A stretch of DNA of 35,456 nt, from contig MU058043.1 in the NCBI GenBank assembly GCA_013265495.1, forward strand, positions 1-35,456. The letters run 5' to 3'. Positions 34,478 through 35,456 of this stretch are shown here, piece after piece. A program made the position numbers and the translations under genes. How positions within the stretch are numbered: the first letter of the stretch is position 1; the number at the start of each line of letters is the position of its first letter. This DNA is from Vicugna vicugna. Lineage: Eukaryota. The notes beneath the pieces were generated by a model that had not been told where the DNA came from, made no database searches, and was given only the letters and a program-made list of their open reading frames with translations.

Positions 34478-35114
34478 NNNNNNNNNNNNNNNNNNNNNNN
34501 NNNNNNNNNNNNNNNNNNNNNNNNNNNNNNNNNNNNNNNNNNNNNNNNNNNNNNNNNNNNNNNNNNNNNNNNNNNNNNNNNNNNNNNNNNNNNNNNNNNN
34601 NNNNNNNNNNNNNNNNNNNNNNNNNNNNNNNNNNNNNNNNNNNNNNNNNNNNNNNNNNNNNNNNNNNNNNNNNNNNNNNNNNNNNNNNNNNNNNNNNNNN
34701 NNNNNNNNNNNNNNNNNNNNNNNNNNNNNNNNNNNNNNNNNNNNNNNNNNNNNNNNNNNNNNNNNNNNNNNNNNNNNNNNNNNNNNNNNNNNNNNNNNNN
34801 NNNNNNNNNNNNNNNNNNNNNNNNNNNNNNNNNNNNNNNNNNNNNNNNNNNNNNNNNNNNNNNNNNNNNNNNNNNNNNNNNNNNNNNNNNNNNNNNNNNN
34901 NNNNNNNNNNNNNNNNNNNNNNNNNNNNNNNNNNNNNNNNNNNNNNNNNNNNNNNNNNNNNNNNNNNNNNNNNNNNNNNNNNNNNNNNNNNNNNNNNNNN
35001 NNNNNNNNNNNNNNNNNNNNNNNNNNNNNNNNNNNNNNNNNNNNNNNNNNNNNNNNNNNNNNNNNNNNNNNNNNNNNNNNNNNNNNNNNNNNNNNNNNNN
35101 NNNNNNNNNNNNNN
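34478..35114. other. Assembly gap (637 N)
   Basis: Run of N. Confidence 1.
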
Positions 35115-35456
35115 AAAAAATTAAAAAAATATTTTAAACTATCAAGAATTGTATGATTTTTGTTGGTTTTTGTATGGTAGCAGAAAACGGAGAAATAATA
35201 ATTTTTTAAGCAATTCTTTCCACCAATCTGACATACCACTAATTGTAAAATGAATAAAAAATATATAGAGTACAAATCACTTATAAATGTTGATACAATA
35301 ATGCCAAACAAAAAAGAGGAAATTTCCAACAAAATTTTAAACATTAATACAAATGTATAGCAAGGTTGAACAGATTTCCATGTTAGGAATAAAAGTATGA
35401 TTCCAAATCATGTAATCAAGTGATATAAATAATCATATTATTAATCCAAATAAAAA

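Noticed and set aside
34454..35344. 296-aa ORF (also 5527..5922 and 5669..5938)
   Set aside because: Artefacts of translating through N gaps.
35115..35456. Possible highly degraded L1 ORF2 fragment
   Set aside because: Only faint similarity, truncated by the gap and the window end.

Overview
Mammalian, AT-rich, L1-dense genomic DNA. It is probably a cetartiodactyl and most likely a camelid, judging from an L1 3' end at 12291-12507 and the absence of any Alu, BovB/Bov-tA, PRE-1 or SINEC copy I could recognise. There are two assembly gaps and no intact protein-coding gene. Three gene relics are present. (1) The 3' half of an olfactory receptor pseudogene (minus, 6722-7180). (2) A 5'-truncated processed pseudogene of non-muscle ACTN1 with poly(A) and a 15-bp TSD (plus, 8770-10556), nested in an old L1. 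(3) The main finding: a decayed, intron-containing minus-strand gene (about 14250-24272) whose exons, spliced by hand, give the ordered motif set of a cGAS/Mab-21-like (cGLR) nucleotidyltransferase, with apparent long N- and C-terminal extensions. It does not match cGAS or any Mab-21 paralogue I recognise. The rest is nested L1 fragments, two LTR fragments, MER5A1, L2, microsatellites and three local tandem duplications. All reference sequences quoted are recalled from memory and alignments were done by eye; no searches were run.
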